Shown here piece after piece: positions 10,065-19,715 of a stretch of 38,225 bases of DNA. The DNA is from a virus (lineage: Duplodnaviria > Caudoviricetes), in IMG/VR virus record IMGVR_UViG_3300033407_000063, positions 1 through 38,225 of that record. The stretch is one strand, 5' to 3'. The position numbers and the translations under genes were made by a program. Below the pieces are notes generated by a model that had not been told where the DNA came from, made no database searches, and saw only the letters and a program-made list of their open reading frames with translations. Numbering within the stretch: position 1 is the stretch's first letter; the number at the start of each line of letters is the position of its first letter.

Positions 10065-11210
10065 CTAGGAGTTGGCCGCGTAGCCCTGCGGCGTCGTATA
10101 GATCCCGCCGCCAGCCTTGCCCTTGTTCCCGCCGAAGAGACCGTAGTCCTTGAGCCCGCCGTAGAGCTGCAGCCCCGCCCCGAGGCCGCCCATGGCGTTC
10201 TGGAACCACCCCGGCTGCTGAAGCGTCTGCGTCTGGGCCTGCGGCCGCTGCCAGTCCATGTTCATGTTGTGCTGCATGCCGTAGCGCTGCAGCATCCGAT
10301 CCTCGTCCGCCGCCCGCAGGCGCATGAGGAACTCGGCACCGGCCTGCCCCATGCCAGCCTGCTGCAGCGCGGCTGCCTGGTTGGCGGCCGCCGCGCTCTG
10401 CCGGGAGCTGGCGCCGAAGGCGGCCGCCTGGTTCGCCGCGCCGGCGTTGAACATGCCCATCTGGTTCTGCTCGCCCGCGTTGAACATCGAGACGTCGGTC
10501 TGGCGGCCGGCGTTCTGCAGGTTCGTCTGCGTGCCCAGCTGGGCGTTCAGCCCGCGGGCTCCGTGCTGGCGCTCGGCGGCCGGCATCGCCCACTCGAGCT
10601 CGCCGGTCAGGTTGGCCTCGGCGATGGCGGCCAGCCGATGGCGGTCGACGTTGGCCTGCAGGGCCTGCAGCCAGGGGCTCGAGATGTCCCCGCCGAAGCC
10701 CGAGAGCCTGGCGCGGTCCATGATGCCGCGCTGGGCATCGGCCGCCTGCGCGTTTGTGCGGCGCGCGATGCGCCCGCCCATCTTGGTCGAGAGGTCCTCG
10801 GGCATGTCGAGCTGATAGATGCCCGCGCTCAGGTCGACGAGCTCGGGGTTGGCGCTGAAGGCCTGGGCGAGATGGGCCGACCCGAAGCTCGGCGAGTAGC
10901 CCTGCGCCGAGACGCCTCCGCCGACGCCCCCGAACCCGCCGCCTCCGGGCCCGAGGAGGGAATCGAGCAAACGGCCGTTGCCGACGCCCAGGTCGGAGGT
11001 CGTCCAGGCGGGACGCCCGCCCCAGAAGGCGCCCGGGTCGGATCCGTACTGCCCCTGCTGCTGGTTGTAGGCGCTGGTCGCCAGGCCCGAGCGCTGGCCG
11101 GAGCTCATCCCCCAGACGTTGGGGTCGACCTGCTTTGTCTTCGAGCCGCCGAACAACCCGCCCAGGAGCGAGGTTGCCGCCGGAATCAGAGCGCCCCAGA
11201 AGAGGATCAC
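10065..11210 (-). CDS. Putative DNA pilot/ejection protein
   Basis: N-terminus GALIPAATSLLGGLFGGSK, N/Q/A-rich heptads (MFNAG repeats) and a Gly-rich amphipathic C-terminus, typical of podovirus ejection proteins. Confidence 0.65.
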   Translation of the reverse strand: MILFWGALIPAATSLLGGLFGGSKTKQVDPNVWGMSSGQRSGLATSAYNQQQGQYGSDPGAFWGGRPAWTTSDLGVGNGRLLDSLLGPGGGGFGGVGGGVSAQGYSPSFGSAHLAQAFSANPELVDLSAGIYQLDMPEDLSTKMGGRIARRTNAQAADAQRGIMDRARLSGFGGDISSPWLQALQANVDRHRLAAIAEANLTGELEWAMPAAERQHGARGLNAQLGTQTNLQNAGRQTDVSMFNAGEQNQMGMFNAGAANQAAAFGASSRQSAAAANQAAALQQAGMGQAGAEFLMRLRAADEDRMLQRYGMQHNMNMDWQRPQAQTQTLQQPGWFQNAMGGLGAGLQLYGGLKDYGLFGGNKGKAGGGIYTTPQGYAANS

Positions 11211-11241
11211 GGCGAGCCCCTTTTCAATCGCCCACAGTGTA

Positions 11242-12159
11242 CTACGGACCGGGCCAGAATCCGACCGTCCACATCTCGCCCACGAGGTCGTTCGCGTTCG
11301 TGCCGAAGCCTGTCACGCGCAGCGTGACCGCTCCGGACAGCGTCTCGGCCGGCGTCCGGTAGCGGATGGGTGGGAAGGCGAGCGTCGCCTTCGTCGTGAG
11401 CACCTGAGCGACAGCCTTCTGCGCGGTCGCGCCCACTCGGATGATGCGGCCGAGGAGCATCCAGTCGAGGCTCGTGTCGGCGAAGGCCGAGGAGTCGAAG
11501 ATGTTGGACGCCCCGAAGTAGACGCGGAGCCTCTTGTCCGCCGAGACCCCGGCACCGATCGTCCCTCCGCACATGAAGGCCAGGACGTCGCCGTCGGCCG
11601 CGAGGGCACCTGCCGGGATGGAGCTCGAGAACAGATCGGTCTCGGTCGCGGCGGTGTTGCCCGTCTGCGTCGTGTCGGCGAAGAGCGGCGCGTAGCCGCG
11701 GTGCACGTGGACGTCGCGCACGAACTGGGTCCCGACGCCGGCGGCGTTCGCTCGGCCGACGTCGACGGGCGTCCCGAAGACGGCGGCGCCAACTCCGGGG
11801 ATGTCGAAGCTCGCGCCGAGCTGCGTCACGCCGGCCCCCGTGAGCGTGATGGCGCCGAGCGCGGGCGCCGACTTCGTGATCGAGCTCACGCCGGCGTGGG
11901 CATGGGTCCCTCGCGCCGCGAGCAGCCCGGTGCCCGGCGAGCCGGCCGCGGCAACCGGCGACGGGATGCCGTCGAAGAGGCCGGCGATCCCGCCGGTCCC
12001 ACCGCCTGGAGGGCCCACCACGCCGGTCAGGTACTTCAGCAGCGACTCGGCGTCCTTGAGGCGCCGCTCGAGAATCCCGACGGCGGCGTTGCGCTCGCGG
12101 TCATTGCTGGAGGCGAGCCCGAGTATCGAGATGCCGCGGCGGGGCGTGGGGCGAGGCAT
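11242..12159 (-). CDS. Putative short tail fibre/spike or virion structural protein
   Basis: 305 aa with an N-terminal coiled segment, Gly/Ala/Thr-rich middle and beta-rich C-terminus; TGATG-coupled to the nozzle gene. Confidence 0.5.
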   Translation of the reverse strand: MPRPTPRRGISILGLASSNDRERNAAVGILERRLKDAESLLKYLTGVVGPPGGGTGGIAGLFDGIPSPVAAAGSPGTGLLAARGTHAHAGVSSITKSAPALGAITLTGAGVTQLGASFDIPGVGAAVFGTPVDVGRANAAGVGTQFVRDVHVHRGYAPLFADTTQTGNTAATETDLFSSSIPAGALAADGDVLAFMCGGTIGAGVSADKRLRVYFGASNIFDSSAFADTSLDWMLLGRIIRVGATAQKAVAQVLTTKATLAFPPIRYRTPAETLSGAVTLRVTGFGTNANDLVGEMWTVGFWPGP

Positions 12160-14111
12160 CAGATCCCCGCGATGCGCTCGCCGTCGACCTGGTAGTAGAC
12201 CCGAAGCTTCAGGATCTTCAGGTCCGCATCCTTGCCGTCACAGGTCACGCCCACGGCGAACCGCTCGCAGACCTTGGCGTTGAGGTTCATCTTGCGGCGG
12301 CGCCTGCCCGGGCCGGTGTCGTTGAGCGGGAAGGTCTGCGTGTAGACGTCGGCCAGGTCGGCGTTGCGGTAGAAGGAGAGCGTGAACGGGATGGTGGCGC
12401 GGCCGCTCGCGGACTTTTCGTACTCGACCTCGACGTAGAGCGGCAAGAGCGACTCGATGCCGTCGCCGAACCAGCCCGAGCGCCAGCTGAAGAGGTAGTC
12501 CTCACCGGCATCCGACCAGACCGGCGTGTTCGCGAGAAAGGTCGTGTTCAGGTTCCAGAGGCGCCCCGTGTCGTCGTGGACGTGGACGAAGCGCTCGCCG
12601 GAGTAGTAGTCCTGGGCGTTCGGGGTGAAGACGCGATCGCGACTGCCGGCGGCCGCGGTCGGCGTCGTCGGCCCGGGCCGATGCAGCAGCCAGGCCTCGC
12701 GCGGGATGTCGTAGATGAGGTGGTAGACGCAGTCCTCGGGCTGGTCGTAGGCGATCCACCTGACATAGTCGCGGTCGGGCTGCCGATCGTGAACGGAGCT
12801 CGGCACGCGCTTGTTCGGATGATCGAGGGCGGCGGCCGATTCCCAGTACGGCTTGAAGCGGTTGAAGGTGGCGCGGATCTTCGGGTCCGAGATGTTGACG
12901 ACGGACTGGCCGTCGAAGCGCACGAAGCCCTTGATGTCCAGCCAGTACGCGAAGTCGTGCGCCTGGACGACCGAGTGGTAGGCGAGGCAGCCGTACCCGC
13001 GCGTTACCAGCTCGACGTTGAAGCCGCCCTCGACGTTGGGCGTCAGCTCGAAGACGCCGTTGCGCCGCTTGACGACGAAGAGCCGACCGAGCATGACGAA
13101 GATGGCCTCGATGTCCGACCCGGCGTCGCGCTCGATGTGGAGCTTATTCGTGAGCGGCCAGGCGTACGGGTTCCCGGGCTTCGACCAGACGATGGCGGTC
13201 GGGTCCAGCGCGTCCTGGGCGATGATCTGCTCCTCGTAGAGCGCGAGGTAGCGGATGCGCGGGGGCGGGTCGTTGTCGAAGGCGACGGGGCTTCCGAGCT
13301 CGTCGTCGCCCTTCGAGAGCGTCACGTCGACGTTGGTCGTATCGTGCGCGGCGCCGGCCGAGACCTCGCGGTCGAAGAACCACTCGCCGCTGCCGTCCCC
13401 GAAGGTCCGGTAGAAGCGAATGAGGTTCCAGTCCGAGGTCCAGTTTGGATCGGCCGGGGCCCGAATGAGGCGCGATAGGTTGGGCGCCGCGGGCGTGAAG
13501 CTCACGACGGGCGAGGGATTGGTCTCGGTGCCGAGCGCGGTCGAGAAGTAGGTGTACACCACCTCGTACGTCTCGCCGTCGTTCATCGACCCGCCGGCGA
13601 CCGCTCCGAGGTCGACGGGCGTCGGCAGCGCGCCGCCCTGCCAGCCCCAGTCGTGCAGCTTTAGGGCGATGCCGTCGTAGAAGCGACGCACGGTGCCGCC
13701 GTCGGCAAAGAAGAGCTTGTTCTTGTACTGGACGAACGAGCCGATCTCGGTGTTGTTGCCGATGATGTCGACGGAGGTCGCCGGCTCGACACCCGACTCG
13801 CCCCCGTGGAAGAGCCCGCCGTCGTTGTAGTAGAGGTACTCGTCCTGGACGATGATCTCGCGCTGGCCGGCGGAGAGCGCCCGGAGCTCGTAGAAGATCC
13901 CGCCCTGACAGGTCAGGTGAGTCGAAAGCGGGATGTTCGAGCCGACGAGGACCCGGCCCTGGCGCCGCTCGAGGCCCAGGCGCTTGAACTCGACGTTGAT
14001 GAGCGCCTCGGCGGCGTCGGGAGGGATGCGCGCGAGGTTCGGGGAGTCGACCAGTCCGCCGTCGAGCTTCTCGAGGTCGAGCTTCTGCGGTTCCGCGAAC
14101 GTCGCGCGCAC
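12159..14111 (-). CDS. Tail tubular/nozzle protein (P22 gp10 / T7 gp12-like)
   Basis: 650 aa, beta-propeller-like composition (IVWSKPGNPYAWP, YGCLAYHSVV, AYWLDIKGFVRFDG) and position after the adaptors. Confidence 0.7.
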   Translation of the reverse strand: MRATFAEPQKLDLEKLDGGLVDSPNLARIPPDAAEALINVEFKRLGLERRQGRVLVGSNIPLSTHLTCQGGIFYELRALSAGQREIIVQDEYLYYNDGGLFHGGESGVEPATSVDIIGNNTEIGSFVQYKNKLFFADGGTVRRFYDGIALKLHDWGWQGGALPTPVDLGAVAGGSMNDGETYEVVYTYFSTALGTETNPSPVVSFTPAAPNLSRLIRAPADPNWTSDWNLIRFYRTFGDGSGEWFFDREVSAGAAHDTTNVDVTLSKGDDELGSPVAFDNDPPPRIRYLALYEEQIIAQDALDPTAIVWSKPGNPYAWPLTNKLHIERDAGSDIEAIFVMLGRLFVVKRRNGVFELTPNVEGGFNVELVTRGYGCLAYHSVVQAHDFAYWLDIKGFVRFDGQSVVNISDPKIRATFNRFKPYWESAAALDHPNKRVPSSVHDRQPDRDYVRWIAYDQPEDCVYHLIYDIPREAWLLHRPGPTTPTAAAGSRDRVFTPNAQDYYSGERFVHVHDDTGRLWNLNTTFLANTPVWSDAGEDYLFSWRSGWFGDGIESLLPLYVEVEYEKSASGRATIPFTLSFYRNADLADVYTQTFPLNDTGPGRRRRKMNLNAKVCERFAVGVTCDGKDADLKILKLRVYYQVDGERIAGI

Positions 14112-14120
14112 AAGCCTCCG

Positions 14121-14774
14121 TTAGAGGCCGTCGGGCTGGCCGGTGTCGGGGTAGACGTCGCGCCGCTCGTCGAGCAGCGGCTGCACGCGCGGGATCTGGT
14201 CGGTGTCGAGGCCGTAGTCGCCCGAGGCGTTCGGCCCCGAGGTCGGCTCGCCGTCCTTCATGATGAGGGCGCGGCTCATCGCGGCCGCCTGCGGATGCGG
14301 CAGCCCATCGGGATTTTCCGCGCCGTAGCTCACGAGGTTGGGGGATGGGATGCGGCCGGGCTGCATCGGCGTCACGCCCGCTGGTAGCTTGCCCAGGTCG
14401 CGGAGCGCCACGGGCTTGAGGATCTCCGGGAACCGCTCGCACAGGAGGTGCGCGTGCCCCTCGGGCATCATCCAGACCGAGCCCTGCTCGCCGGCCGGGC
14501 GAAAGCGGTACTCGGTGTCGCCCACGTGCGGCAGCTCCTGCAGGCGCACCTTGAGCTCTCGGTCCTCCATCTCGATCCGGTCCTCGGCGGTGAGCGGCTG
14601 GACCGTGCGGACGACGGTGCCGTCCTTGTCGCGCTCGATGAGAGGCTCATGGAGGTGCTTGCGCCGCTGCCAGCTGTACATCTCGGCGAGCTGCACCCGC
14701 GTGAGCTCGAGCTTTCTGGGCATCGGGAAGCTGGTCACGTTCTGGACGATGGCGATGCCGGCGAAGGCGTTCAA
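14121..14774 (-). CDS. Hypothetical protein in the tail module
   Basis: 217-aa ORF; TTG start overlaps the upstream stop (TTGA) and follows GAGGAGG. Confidence 0.6.
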   Translation of the reverse strand: MNAFAGIAIVQNVTSFPMPRKLELTRVQLAEMYSWQRRKHLHEPLIERDKDGTVVRTVQPLTAEDRIEMEDRELKVRLQELPHVGDTEYRFRPAGEQGSVWMMPEGHAHLLCERFPEILKPVALRDLGKLPAGVTPMQPGRIPSPNLVSYGAENPDGLPHPQAAAMSRALIMKDGEPTSGPNASGDYGLDTDQIPRVQPLLDERRDVYPDTGQPDGL

Positions 14775-15448
14775 AAAACCTCCTCGTAGGTGCCCTGCAC
14801 GTCGTCGATGTCCTGGTAGCGCTCGCCGTGAGCGGGATACAGGTGCCGCTGCAGCTGCTCCTCGATGGCGGCCGCGTACCGATCGAAGTCGCGCGGGCTG
14901 GAGATGGCGTGCCCCATGGATGAAAGCCGCAGCACGGCGCGGGGCACGAGAGCTTCGTGGATCTGGTCGGGAATGCCGGTCGGCACGTCGTCGAGACCCG
15001 TCAGGCGAACCACGTAGGGCTGCGTGTACAGCTTCAGGCCCCCGGTCAAGTCGGCCGCCGGCGGCTCGGTCAGCTGCAGGATGTTGCCAGGCAGGATCTG
15101 GTAGGTGAAGGGCTCGCGGTAGGTGGGCCCCTGGCCGCCCATTCCGAGGAGTCGATCGGCCTGGAGCTTGTTCACCTGGACGACCGGGAACTCGAGGTCG
15201 TCGAAGTCGAGGCGCAGGACCCGGACGATCCGTGAGACCTCGGCCGGGATGGCGTACTGCTTCTGGCTGGCGACCAGATCCACGAGCACCTCGGCGTGCA
15301 GCCAGTCGACGTCCGCCTCGTGCATGGCGGCGATGAGGTCCTCCTGGGCGTTGTTCAGGGCGAAGAAGCCCTTGTTCGGGTTGACGACGGCCGGGTTGAC
15401 GAGGCGGGAGAACGCCTCGCCCAATAGCTCGCGCGCCGTCATTCTCAT
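14771..15448 (-). CDS. Head-tail adaptor/ring-like protein 2
   Basis: Helical N-terminus, LVASQKQYAIP, IPDQIHEALVPRAV pattern typical of podovirus adaptors; ATGA-coupled. Confidence 0.65.
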   Translation of the reverse strand: MRMTARELLGEAFSRLVNPAVVNPNKGFFALNNAQEDLIAAMHEADVDWLHAEVLVDLVASQKQYAIPAEVSRIVRVLRLDFDDLEFPVVQVNKLQADRLLGMGGQGPTYREPFTYQILPGNILQLTEPPAADLTGGLKLYTQPYVVRLTGLDDVPTGIPDQIHEALVPRAVLRLSSMGHAISSPRDFDRYAAAIEEQLQRHLYPAHGERYQDIDDVQGTYEEVF

Positions 15449-16131
15449 GCTCGCCTCTCCTCGACCGGCGGACTCGGCAGGATCACCGAAGCCTCGGCAT
15501 CAGCCTGCGCGAACCACGGCCCCGGGTCAACCCCCTGCTTCGCCCGCGCGAGGCCGACCGCGTACCGCACGGGCCCATTGTTCCACGGGTCGGCGAGATC
15601 CACCGGGTCCCCGGACTTGATGACGTCCCGCAGGTAGACGACCTCGAAGTTGAGGCCGGCGGCGGGGACCGTCGTCGCGTTGCCCTGGTAGAAGGCGATC
15701 TTGCCGTCGTCGCCGATGGTGTAGCGCGGGATGAGTGAGGAAGCTTTGAAGTGCGGCAGCTGCTGGGCCAGCCAGTCGATCTCGTCGGCGTCCTTCTCGA
15801 TGACGGCCGAGCGCGGCGCGAGCGCGGGGGTGTGGTTGACGGCGACGAGGCTCATGTAGTCGACGGCGAGCGCGTACTCGGCAACGATGCCGTCGGTCGC
15901 GATGGACTGAAGCTTGATGAAGTGCCGGAGGTAGTGGTTCTCCTGTACGATCGTGGCCGCCGCAACCCGCCGGTGCGTCTGCCTGAGCGTCAGGTTCTCG
16001 AGGATGATCCGATGCTGGCGCGCGGTCCCCTCGTCGTAGTACTGGACGAGCTCGTCATCAGCCCAGAAGTCCGGGCTCGCCTCCACAAGGAGGAGGCGGA
16101 TCCTGGAGACGATCTCGGATCTCGGCGGCAT
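15445..16131 (-). CDS. Head-tail adaptor/ring-like protein 1
   Basis: IVSRIRLLLVE..DFWADDELVQYYDEG start, EYAL..DY and PVRYAVGLA motifs; similar size to its neighbour. Confidence 0.65.
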   Translation of the reverse strand: MPPRSEIVSRIRLLLVEASPDFWADDELVQYYDEGTARQHRIILENLTLRQTHRRVAAATIVQENHYLRHFIKLQSIATDGIVAEYALAVDYMSLVAVNHTPALAPRSAVIEKDADEIDWLAQQLPHFKASSLIPRYTIGDDGKIAFYQGNATTVPAAGLNFEVVYLRDVIKSGDPVDLADPWNNGPVRYAVGLARAKQGVDPGPWFAQADAEASVILPSPPVEERRA

Positions 16132-16761
16132 CTACTGGAACCGGCGCTTGTCGGTGACTGTGAAGCCGGCCTCGTGTCTGAAGGGCGGTGGCGGGTCATA
16201 CATGGGGACGAAGACTTCCTTGGTCGGCCCGAGCTTGCGCGCGAGCCACGCGAAGTCGTCCCGCGCCGCCTCCTCCGCGTCGTCCCTGGCAAGCTTTTCG
16301 ACCTTGGTCAGGTACGTACCGTCCTCGTCCTGGTGGTAGGCGTCGTCGCTGTCAATGAGGTCGATGACTTCCTGCCAGGCGCCGTGCTTGTCGTCGCGAG
16401 CGTCGATGGCGTTGAGGACCTCGCGCGAGACCGGGACGAGGGCGCCGTCGTCGGTCACGCAGTCGAAGAGCTTCTCCCAGCGACCGCGCAGCGTCTTCTG
16501 CTGAACGCAGTAGCGGTGGCTCGGCGCGAACGCAGCGTCGTCGACCGGGAACCACTCGACGGAGCTCTCGTACTCGAGCCCCGGGATCCGGTAGCGGTAG
16601 TAGAGGCGGCCCGCCTTCGTGCGCATCCTGGACATCGGGACGCCCAGGATCGGCCGCATGGAATCGCGAGGCTCGCGCCACGGCATCCACATCAGGCGGA
16701 TGTTCGGATGCCGGGACGCGAGCTCCTCGGCGAACCAGCGCGGGAGGGCTGGGGCCTCCAT
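16132..16761 (-). CDS. Hypothetical protein (head module)
   Basis: 209-aa ORF abutting both neighbours. Confidence 0.65.
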   Translation of the reverse strand: MEAPALPRWFAEELASRHPNIRLMWMPWREPRDSMRPILGVPMSRMRTKAGRLYYRYRIPGLEYESSVEWFPVDDAAFAPSHRYCVQQKTLRGRWEKLFDCVTDDGALVPVSREVLNAIDARDDKHGAWQEVIDLIDSDDAYHQDEDGTYLTKVEKLARDDAEEAARDDFAWLARKLGPTKEVFVPMYDPPPPFRHEAGFTVTDKRRFQ

Positions 16762-16764
16762 GGC

Positions 16765-17028
16765 TCAGAACTGGCCGCCGATGGGGATGCAGACCCAGTC
16801 GGACGGCGTCGCTGAGTTCGTGGCCAGCTTCATGACCTTGTTCGTGCTTGCGGCTCGATCGTAGCTCGGGGTCGCGGCCACCGCGGCGCCGGCCTTGATC
16901 TGGCAGAAGAGGACCGCGGCCGGGACGACTCCCAGGCCGTGTTCGACTTCGATCGGCGTCGAGTCGAGGGTCACGGCGGCCGCCTTCGTGGGCCCCTTCT
17001 CCCCGACCAGCTGCTGAATCGTGATCAT
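16765..17028 (-). CDS. Small virion protein (decoration/head-fibre-like)
   Basis: Start refined to ATG 17028 (MITIQQ), with AGGGGG RBS; beta-rich with HGLGVVP motif. Confidence 0.55.
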   Translation of the reverse strand: MITIQQLVGEKGPTKAAAVTLDSTPIEVEHGLGVVPAAVLFCQIKAGAAVAATPSYDRAASTNKVMKLATNSATPSDWVCIPIGGQF

Positions 17029-17036
17029 GTGGCCCC

Positions 17037-17288
17037 CTAGTCGATGTGCGCCATGAGGCGGCCCGGGATCTTGCTGATCACGGCGACGCGGCATGGGCCA
17101 GCGCCGGCCTCGACGGTGTAGTCGAAGTCCGTCGCGGTCTGACTCGCATCGTCGACCGAGCCGTGACCGTCGAGCGTGAGCACGATGTACTCGTTACCCG
17201 ACGTGAACTGCGTGTTGGAGGGGAGCGTGATGGCGCCCGAGGCCGAGATGGTCAGCTCGATGTGCTCGACCGCGGAGAAGGTGATCAT
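17037..17288 (-). CDS. Small virion protein directly downstream of the major capsid gene
   Basis: 83 aa, beta-rich, GAGGT RBS. Confidence 0.6.
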   Translation of the reverse strand: MITFSAVEHIELTISASGAITLPSNTQFTSGNEYIVLTLDGHGSVDDASQTATDFDYTVEAGAGPCRVAVISKIPGRLMAHID

Positions 17289-17306
17289 GTGCTACCTCGC
17301 TTGTGC

Positions 17307-17364
17307 GAGCCGCCGGGCCGGGGGTTGGACGGCGTTTTAGGCCCTCGTCCCCGCCCGACGGCTC
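17307..17364 (-). terminator. Long GC-rich hairpin after the major capsid gene (terminator, attenuator or stabiliser)
   Basis: Imperfect inverted repeat GAGCCGCCGGGCCGGGG ... CCCCGCCCGACGGCTC in the intergenic gap; no clear U-tract. Confidence 0.45.
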
Positions 17365-17381
17365 CACGATCGAATGGTTGG

Positions 17382-18683
17382 TTACGCGGCCTCGGTGATG
17401 CCCATCTCCACCCACTGCTTGTTGGGCGCCACGCACACGGTCTCGCCCATCCAGCAGTAGACGGCCTCCCAGGCCAGGTGCTCCTGGATCCACCGGAAGA
17501 TCGAGCGCTCATCGAACTGCTGCAGCCAGCCGGCGGCGAGCAGCTCGCCCATGAACCAGGAGTCGAAGTCGAAGCCCCAGTTGGTTCCCGTCGGGACGTC
17601 GCGGTCCCTGGTGATCGGCACGTCCTCGCCGGCCGCACCACCGTACACGAGCATCTTCGTGCCGCCGCGGTAGCGCCCGGTCTCCGACGCGTTGACGTAG
17701 CGGCGGTCGCCGCGAAGATCGTTGGCGAAGCGCCGCCAGACCCCGAGGCTCATCAGCATCAGGTTCGTGCGGCCGCCGTTCTCGATGGCGACCTCGTCCA
17801 TGTCGACCTGGATCTGGTGCTCGAGGTCCCCGCCGCCGACCGCCCTCGAGACCCTGGCTTTCCAGAACTCGTTGCCGACGAGCGTCCGGTCGATGCCCAT
17901 GACGGACGGCACGAGGGTGCCGTCGTCGACCCAGCCCATGATGCCCATGGGCGCGCGCCCCTTCGAGGTCCGCTCGCGCGAGCCCAGGAAGAGGTAGTCC
18001 GCCGCGGCCAGATCGCCCACCGTCCCGTCGACGATGATCGTGTCCGTGGCCCGGTTGACCGAGATGACCCGGCCCGAGAACGTCTTCTCGGCCACGAGCC
18101 CGGCGAGGGAGACCGACGCCGAGAGGCGCAGCCCCTTGACGATGTACTTCGGACCGAAGGTGTTCCCGGCCGAAGCGCCCTGATCGGGCTCGAGGACGAT
18201 GGTGTGCTGGCCGGCGACGGGGGTGTCCGCCGAGACGGACAGCACCCGCGCGAGCGCGGCCGTGCCCCAGCCGTGGAGCAGCCGGGACATGTTCTGGCCG
18301 AACATCTCCACGGTCGAGCTCATCGCTCGGACCTTGGCGCCGACCCAGGCGTCCTGGTCGCGCTGCGAGGCGAGGTGCGCCTGCAAGGAGATCTGGAAGC
18401 GCGAGGTCAGCGTCTTGATCCCGATCGTGCCAATCTTGAATCCCGGCGCGTCGGGCTCGGAGATGGGCTCGAGCTCCTGCTGGGCCCCGAAGCTCGCGTT
18501 GCCGCGCGTCTCGAGCGAGACCTCCATCACGCGGCCGCCGAGCCGGACCTTGCCGGAGCGCCGCCTGAGGTTCTCGAGCAGGAACCCCTGAACCAGGTAC
18601 TGCTTGAACTGCCTTTGGAAGACCGCGTTCACCTTGAGAGCGTTGGTGAACGCGGCGAGGTCTATCAGCTCGCCAGCGGCCAT
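17382..18683 (-). CDS. Major capsid protein
   Basis: 433 aa after portal and scaffold, GGAGG RBS; MGIMGWVDDGT..GIDR..FWK motif is characteristic of HK97-fold capsid proteins of this type. Confidence 0.85.
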   Translation of the reverse strand: MAAGELIDLAAFTNALKVNAVFQRQFKQYLVQGFLLENLRRRSGKVRLGGRVMEVSLETRGNASFGAQQELEPISEPDAPGFKIGTIGIKTLTSRFQISLQAHLASQRDQDAWVGAKVRAMSSTVEMFGQNMSRLLHGWGTAALARVLSVSADTPVAGQHTIVLEPDQGASAGNTFGPKYIVKGLRLSASVSLAGLVAEKTFSGRVISVNRATDTIIVDGTVGDLAAADYLFLGSRERTSKGRAPMGIMGWVDDGTLVPSVMGIDRTLVGNEFWKARVSRAVGGGDLEHQIQVDMDEVAIENGGRTNLMLMSLGVWRRFANDLRGDRRYVNASETGRYRGGTKMLVYGGAAGEDVPITRDRDVPTGTNWGFDFDSWFMGELLAAGWLQQFDERSIFRWIQEHLAWEAVYCWMGETVCVAPNKQWVEMGITEAA

Positions 18684-18695
18684 GGGCCTCCGTTG

Positions 18696-19709
18696 CTAGC
18701 GATCGCCCCCCTTGAACGTGTTGATGTCCTGGAGGATCGATCGCACGAGGTCGCCCTCTCCCCTCGGGACCTGCGGCCGTTGCACGAGGCCGCCGCCCCC
18801 CGAAGGAGGCGCGCCCGGTGGAACGTTCGGAGGGGTCCCGAAGCGAGCAAGGCTCGCCCGGTAGCGCTGGTAGGCCATCTGCGCAGCGTGAGCCACAGCC
18901 CCTGGGCGGCCGTAGGCTTGCGGATTCGCGCGAACGCGCTCGGCGACGTCGGCGGCGATGAGGTCCTGGATGCGGGCGGCGTCGGGGGTGCGCTGAATGA
19001 AGGCGTCGAACTCCGCGGCCTGGCCCTGCTGGGCCTGGGTCGCGACCTGCGCCTGCTCGCGGCCGTTGAGCTGCTGCATGAGCTGCTCGTTGGCGGTCCG
19101 AACGCGAGCGACCTCCTGCTGCAGTTGCATGGCCCACGCGGGCGGGCCCTGCTGCTGCGGCTGAGACGGGTCGTTCGGATCACCGGCCGATTGCTGGTAC
19201 CCCGGGACGCCCCCCGACTGAACGAGCGCTGTGTACAGGCGAGCTCGACCCTCGGGGGTCGTCAGGAGGGCGCGCATGCCCTCCGTCGCCAGCTTCGACC
19301 GTCGCTCCTCCAGCTGGGCCTCCACGCGCGCCGCGATCTGCTGCTCGAACTGCTGCTGACCCTCTGGGCCGGCGAGGTACATGTACTCCCGGAGGGCCGC
19401 TTGGGCTTGCTCCGGGCTCAGTCCCATCTCGCCCAGGACCTGGTCGAGCGGCAGCTGCGGATGGCCGGCCTGCTGGCCGGGCTGTTGCGGTGGTTGGGTG
19501 GGCTCAGGCAGCGGCGGGGCGCTGGGCGGAGCGGCTGGCGCGGAAGGCGCGCTGGCCGGTGGCTGCTCAGGGCTGCCGCTTGTGGCCGGGGGTTCGAGGT
19601 CCGCCGGTGGCCGCTCCCCGAAGTCGGTCAGGCCGGCTTGCGACTGGAACTGGTGAGCGGGCTCGAAGCCGTAGTCATCGGCCCCGGGCGCGCCCTCTGG
19701 AGTGCTCAT
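18696..19709 (-). CDS. Capsid scaffolding protein
   Basis: Pro/Gln-rich disordered N-terminus followed by Q/A-rich helices; lies between portal and capsid. Confidence 0.7.
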   Translation of the reverse strand: MSTPEGAPGADDYGFEPAHQFQSQAGLTDFGERPPADLEPPATSGSPEQPPASAPSAPAAPPSAPPLPEPTQPPQQPGQQAGHPQLPLDQVLGEMGLSPEQAQAALREYMYLAGPEGQQQFEQQIAARVEAQLEERRSKLATEGMRALLTTPEGRARLYTALVQSGGVPGYQQSAGDPNDPSQPQQQGPPAWAMQLQQEVARVRTANEQLMQQLNGREQAQVATQAQQGQAAEFDAFIQRTPDAARIQDLIAADVAERVRANPQAYGRPGAVAHAAQMAYQRYRASLARFGTPPNVPPGAPPSGGGGLVQRPQVPRGEGDLVRSILQDINTFKGGDR

Positions 19710-19715
19710 GTCGCC

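Noticed and set aside
8085-11327. 1080-aa plus-strand ORF
   Set aside because: Antisense shadow of the ejection-protein genes; high GC suppresses stops, and it has no recognisable motifs.
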